DNA of 46,144 nt from a virus (taxonomy: Duplodnaviria > Heunggongvirae > Uroviricota > Caudoviricetes): IMG/VR virus record IMGVR_UViG_2718218453_000007; one strand, written 5' to 3'. This document shows positions 41,806 to 46,144 of this stretch, piece by piece; within the stretch, counting starts at the first letter, position 1; each line of letters opens with the position of its first letter. A program made the translations under genes and the position numbers. The notes below the pieces were generated by a model. That model ran no database searches. It saw only the letters and a program-made list of their open reading frames with translations, and was not told the origin of the DNA.

Positions 41806-42674
41806 CTCATGTAGTTAGTTTTTCTGGCGGGAGAACATCCGCATATCTTGTTCACCTGATGGAAGAACAAAGAAAGGCTGGCAATAACGTCTGCTACATC
41901 TTTATGGATACCGGTTGCGAACATCCGCTGACATACCGCTTTATTCGGGAGGTTGTGAAGTTCTGGGGCATACCACTAACTGTGTTGCAGGTCGATATCA
42001 ATCCTGAGCTTGGGCAGCCAAATGGTTATACAGAATGGGAGCCAAAGGATATTCAGACGCGAATGCCGGTACTTAAACCGTTTATGGACATGGTTAAAAA
42101 GTACGGCACGCCATACATCGGTGGCGCATTCTGTACTGACAGGCTAAAACTCATCCCTTTCACGAAATACTGCGATAACCATTTCGGGCGAGGTAATTAC
42201 ATCACATGGCTGGGTATTCGTGCAGACGAACCCCGTAGGCTGAAACCGAAATCGGGCATCCGGTATCTTGCCGAACTGTCAGATTTTGATAAGTCGGATG
42301 TTATCCGGTGGTGGCGAAAACAACCTTTTGATTTGCAAATCCCGGAGCATCTCGGGAACTGTGTTTTCTGCATCAAAAAGTCAACGCAAAAGCTGGGGCT
42401 TGCATGTAAAGACGAACCAGGTCTGATGCGGGTTTTTAATGAACTGGTTACAGGCAAACACGTCAGGGATGGTCATCGCAGAACAGGTAAAGACGTTATG
42501 TACCGTGGTCACCTGACGCTTGACGGAATTGCCAGAATGTCTGCCAACAGCGACTACAGAAATTTGTATCAGGCGATGGTACAGGCCAGGCGATTCGATA
42601 CCGGCTCGTGTTCAGAGTCATGTGAAATCTGGGGTGATCAATTGGAATTGAAATTCGAAGAGGTAGGGGTATGA
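41796..42674 (+). CDS. PAPS-reductase-like / PP-loop ATP pyrophosphatase family protein
   Basis: N-terminal PP-loop-like motif VVSFSGGRTSAYL; C-terminal Cys cluster (CVFC...C..C). Confidence 0.65.
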   Translation: MCITHVVSFSGGRTSAYLVHLMEEQRKAGNNVCYIFMDTGCEHPLTYRFIREVVKFWGIPLTVLQVDINPELGQPNGYTEWEPKDIQTRMPVLKPFMDMVKKYGTPYIGGAFCTDRLKLIPFTKYCDNHFGRGNYITWLGIRADEPRRLKPKSGIRYLAELSDFDKSDVIRWWRKQPFDLQIPEHLGNCVFCIKKSTQKLGLACKDEPGLMRVFNELVTGKHVRDGHRRTGKDVMYRGHLTLDGIARMSANSDYRNLYQAMVQARRFDTGSCSESCEIWGDQLELKFEEVGV

Positions 42675-43018
42675 CAACCGAAATTAACTACCATGCACTG
42701 CTTGAGCGCGCACGGAATAAAGTGCAGAGCATTGAGTTCGCCTTAACACAGAGTGCATTCGCTGAGATTCGCGCTGAGCTTGAAGATGATTTAGAACTGG
42801 CACGGATTGCACTGGCATCTCTGGAAGTTGAGCCAGATGAACGCGCAGCCTATGAATTATTTATGGAAAAGCGTTTCGGTAAAACAGTCGATCGTCGGAG
42901 AGCAAAAAACGGTGATAACGAGTACATGGCGTGGGATATGGCTCTCGGCTGGGTCGTCTGGAAACAACGCGCTGGCATGAGTCTTTCAACTGCACAACCA
43001 CAGGAGGGTCAACAATGA
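42671..43018 (+). CDS. Hypothetical early protein (115 aa)
   Basis: ORF overlapping the upstream stop by 4 nt (translational coupling); no family recognised. Confidence 0.45.
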   Translation: MTTEINYHALLERARNKVQSIEFALTQSAFAEIRAELEDDLELARIALASLEVEPDERAAYELFMEKRFGKTVDRRRAKNGDNEYMAWDMALGWVVWKQRAGMSLSTAQPQEGQQ

Positions 43019-43209
43019 ACAACTTAATGACAACAAAACAAGTCGCCGAATTCTGTGGAGTTTCAATATCGACGGTGCTTCGCTGGAACAGTGTAAACCG
43101 GAGGACTGGTCAGAAATATCGGCCTGATTTTCCAGATCCTGATATTAAATCCTGCCCAAATAAATGGGCATCACGTAAGATATACAGGTTTGCAGGAGTA
43201 ATTGAGTAA
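43015..43209 (+). CDS. Excisionase-like HTH protein (Xis/AlpA-type)
   Basis: MNNLMTTKQVAEFCGVSISTVLRWNSV... HTH typical of small excisionase/AlpA proteins; GGAGGG Shine-Dalgarno upstream of the ATG at 43015; last gene of the operon facing int. Confidence 0.55.
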   Translation: MNNLMTTKQVAEFCGVSISTVLRWNSVNRRTGQKYRPDFPDPDIKSCPNKWASRKIYRFAGVIE

Positions 43210-43268
43210 CAAACATTAGCTCAAATGTGAGCTGGCACATCTATGGCACAAGCCAAACAGATCTGACT

Positions 43269-43309
43269 GTCTGCTCTGTATCAAGAGCAGACAAGCTATT
43301 TATTTTTTT
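43269..43309 (+). terminator. Intrinsic terminator ending the early-left operon
   Basis: GTCTGCTCT-gtatca-AGAGCAGAC 9-bp perfect stem followed by a T-rich run (TATTTATTTTTTT). Confidence 0.7.
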
Positions 43310-43494
43310 ACATGAAAATGCGCGCTCTTTGGACGTTAGGGTTATTCTATCCAGAGCCAGCAGCACCTCTTAGCCAAGTACATAATTGCAGGCACAATCC
43401 GGCATCGATGTGCAGCTCCGGTCGCTGAACTGCTGGAAAACCCTTCCGTTCATAAGCCAGTCTCGATACGTGGCAACAGTATCATTGATACAAT

Positions 43495-44748
43495 TTATTT
43501 TAATTTTCCCGTACCTCGAAGAAGTGATAGGTATTGATCAGTGGCAAGTAATGGTAGATTATTCTCTTGGCTAGAGTCGATATCTCTAATTAAAATTGTA
43601 CGGTTTTTTATGCTGAACTTGTATTTAGCCTCCAGCATTGCCCAAAACATTCTTTTATTTAATCTTGATAGTCTTATAAAATTTACAAGACCTTCAAGGC
43701 TCATAACTAAAACTTTCGCCCCTTTTGACTCTTTAAGGTTGCTAATTTCGTTATAAATCTTTTCAGCACCTTCTTTCTCTAAAACAAGATCTGAGATTAT
43801 CACTAAATGATAAATACCCTTTCTGCGCTTTATTAAGCATTCCCTCCCGTCATAATTAATAACCACATCATTATTTAGAATTGGGATAACGCCTTTAACC
43901 TGATCGATCCCTTGCAATGCTTTTTTCTTATACATGCTACAAAGCTTTTCATGAGATTTCAAACCCATTTCAATCAAAGATGATGCTTTAGACTGTATAG
44001 ATAATACATAGTCATTTTCTACAATAAGAATATCAACTAGTTCTCTTTTTTTATTACCCTCAATAATATCTGGAGAAAAAAACACTTCCTCCGGTGAAAA
44101 GACCTGCCGCAAAGCATGGTATATAAGAGCTTCCTGCTCATATCCCTCAGAGCCGTTTTCACTGACGCTAAATTCATATGTTAATACGGTATCGTTTGGT
44201 TCATGAACACTTGCTAGGTAAGATTTTTTATCGATTACACTTAGTGGCAGACTAATTATTTTCTCGTTACCAGTCAAAGCATTGTTGCAGAATTCATCCA
44301 TTGCTTCATTACCTTCCCTAAATCCTGAATTGAGAGAATATGAATTAGCACAAAATTTTTTTAAACATTCACACGGTAAATTTTCCGAAACTTTTATTTT
44401 CAGGTCCATAACACGCATTGTATGCGAGTCAAAAAATGATAATAGAATACCATCATAAGCGCCTGACAATAACAAATCCAGCCCTTTAATTTCATCTACC
44501 TCTCTTGGTGGATAGGCTAGTAAAAATGGATTATCGACATTATCTTCAATCAACATCCCAATCACTAGTATATTTTTAGTAGATAAACCTACCAAAAAGT
44601 GGATAGGTGCTCCTGACCAGACGGATTTAATTATAGGAAGGCTTGATTTAAGTATTATGTGGATATTACGATTTTCACTATCTACCCACACTCCATGTAA
44701 CTCATTGTTTAAATAGGCCAAAAGTTTAGTATTCATTTCAACTTTCAT
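43495..44748 (-). CDS. Hypothetical protein (417 aa), AT-rich orphan gene between Xis-like and int
   Basis: Long uninterrupted AT-rich ORF with its own upstream intergenic region; no confident domain assignment; a possible PD-(D/E)xK-like segment (VDILIVENDYVLSIQSK) is speculative. Confidence 0.6.
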   Translation of the reverse strand: MKVEMNTKLLAYLNNELHGVWVDSENRNIHIILKSSLPIIKSVWSGAPIHFLVGLSTKNILVIGMLIEDNVDNPFLLAYPPREVDEIKGLDLLLSGAYDGILLSFFDSHTMRVMDLKIKVSENLPCECLKKFCANSYSLNSGFREGNEAMDEFCNNALTGNEKIISLPLSVIDKKSYLASVHEPNDTVLTYEFSVSENGSEGYEQEALIYHALRQVFSPEEVFFSPDIIEGNKKRELVDILIVENDYVLSIQSKASSLIEMGLKSHEKLCSMYKKKALQGIDQVKGVIPILNNDVVINYDGRECLIKRRKGIYHLVIISDLVLEKEGAEKIYNEISNLKESKGAKVLVMSLEGLVNFIRLSRLNKRMFWAMLEAKYKFSIKNRTILIRDIDSSQENNLPLLATDQYLSLLRGTGKLK

Positions 44749-44920
44749 TTCCTTATTGTGATAATGATGGTGTTCAACACAAACTGGCCAGCAGTTCCAG
44801 TATAGTACATCAGTAACTTAGATTGCTTAACTGCAAATCGCGCGTTTTCTAAACATCATATATCCGCTCCTCGCTCAAAGCGGACTGTCATATTTTATTG
44901 CGTTCAAAATATGCAAACTG

Positions 44921-46144
44921 TCAGTTGGTGTCTGAACCAGAACAAGTAACAATCGATTCAACTCTCTCCCACCATGCCTGGTAGGCTTTACGCTGTTCTT
45001 CTAAATAATCACTCTTGTCATAAACTTGCCATACCCCCGGCAGTTTATGACCGAGCATTATTTCTGCGATATGAGGCGCAGTAAGATCAGAAAAGTTTGT
45101 TCGTGCTGTTCGCCTCAAATCATGCAGAGACCAATGAGGGAATTGATACCCCAAACGCCGCCATGCATACTGCATTAAATTGTAAGGCAGCGACTGCAAT
45201 GATGTCCGACCAACGGGTTCCCTGCTTCCTTCCTTAGTAAAAAGCATATCGGAACCATTGTTCATAGAAATAGCGTACTTTATAAGCTCTTCAACCGGTT
45301 CAATAATGGGCCGCTTTAGCGGTTCGCCCGTTATCTCCCCAGTCTTATGTCGTTCTGGTGGTACAGTCCATACTTTATTAATGAAATCAAAATCGTCCAC
45401 CCTGGCGGTAATTAGCTCTGAACTACGGCAGCCAAAATGCAGCAATAGTTTAATGAAGGCCCGGTATTTAGGAACCATTCGAGAACCATCGATCGCAGCA
45501 TAAAGGATTTTAATTTCATCATGTGTCAGAAACCGTTTCTTCTGACCTTTACGGATATCCATATCTTTACCCGTGATATCCGACAGCGGGCGAGTTTCAA
45601 TGAGCTTTCTCTTATACGCCCAGACATGGGCCTGCTTTGCGTTAATTAGCAATCGGTCTGCTATTGCTGGAGTCTTAGTGCTAAGAGGCTCCAGGACTTC
45701 TAACCAATCATGCAATGTAGCTGCATCGTGAGGGATATTCCCGATTTTAGAGAACAGGTGCAGCTCAAACGAGCGGAGTATCTGTTCAGAGCCTTTTTTA
45801 TTTTTTACACAATATGCTTCATACCAGGCACGGATCACAGACTCTACCGTCATGGCTTCAGTAGCTTTTCGTTTTTCAGCCTGCTTGACCAATCGTGGAT
45901 TACGGTTTGACTCGAGTTCACCACGGAGACGGATAACTTCTTCTCTGGCCTCTTTTAATCCAGTTGCTGGGTAAGTTCCGATATCAAGACGCTCACCTTT
46001 CCCTGCCCATTGATAACGATATTGGAACACTACGCGACCTTTCGGTGATACTCTGACAGACAGACCATCACGATCGGATTTAACCAAAACCTTATCACGT
46101 TCCTTTCCAACGACTGAACGCAACCACGCATCAGACAGCGCCAT
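44921..46144 (-). CDS. int: Tyrosine integrase, P4-family
   Basis: N-terminus MALSDAWLRSVVGKERDKVLVKSDRDGLSVRVSPKGRVVFQYRYQWAGKGERLDIG typical of P4-type integrases; C-terminal catalytic region with HDLRRT and LGHKL...Y; start codon is the last 3 nt of the window. Confidence 0.9.
   Translation of the reverse strand: MALSDAWLRSVVGKERDKVLVKSDRDGLSVRVSPKGRVVFQYRYQWAGKGERLDIGTYPATGLKEAREEVIRLRGELESNRNPRLVKQAEKRKATEAMTVESVIRAWYEAYCVKNKKGSEQILRSFELHLFSKIGNIPHDAATLHDWLEVLEPLSTKTPAIADRLLINAKQAHVWAYKRKLIETRPLSDITGKDMDIRKGQKKRFLTHDEIKILYAAIDGSRMVPKYRAFIKLLLHFGCRSSELITARVDDFDFINKVWTVPPERHKTGEITGEPLKRPIIEPVEELIKYAISMNNGSDMLFTKEGSREPVGRTSLQSLPYNLMQYAWRRLGYQFPHWSLHDLRRTARTNFSDLTAPHIAEIMLGHKLPGVWQVYDKSDYLEEQRKAYQAWWERVESIVTCSGSDTN

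Overview
This window is a near-complete lambdoid prophage, drawn in reverse orientation to the canonical lambda map. All calls are from reading the sequence and ORF track against remembered protein families; no searches were run.

Backbone, left to right:
- ~2.3-25.4 kb (minus strand): lambda-type morphogenesis block in lambda order (Nu1, A, W, B, C/Nu3, D, E, FI, FII, Z, U, V, G/G-T, H, M, L, K, I, J, lom, stf). The lambda cohesive-end sequence is at 25539-25550.
- 25.7-26.5 kb (plus strand): YlcI-like and YbcV-like small genes.
- 26.9-28.6 kb: phage-21-type lysis cassette (S21-like pinholin, SAR endolysin, Rz/Rz1).
- 28.6-38.5 kb: non-lambda late-regulation and replication region (beta-class DNA MTase, Q-like antiterminator, DUF968, KilA-N, RusA, LexA-like HTH protein, Dam-like MTase, O-like initiator with internal iterons, CII-like and Cro-like regulators).
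- 38.5-39.3 kb: immunity region (S24/CI-like repressor between palindromic operators and divergent promoters).
- 39.9-43.2 kb: CPS-53-like early operon (YfdP/Q/R-like, PAPS-reductase-like, Xis-like), ending with a P4-family tyrosine integrase at the right edge.

Three AT-rich accessory islands interrupt this backbone and are the best candidates for undescribed systems:
1. 1-1900: a reverse transcriptase co-transcribed with a 3-TM membrane protein, convergent with stf.
2. 30273-31685: a 313-aa protein plus a 4-TM protein, opposite in orientation to its flanks, between the Q-like gene and the lysis genes.
3. 43495-44748: a 417-aa orphan gene between the Xis-like gene and int.

No rRNA, tRNA or CRISPR array was recognised by eye.
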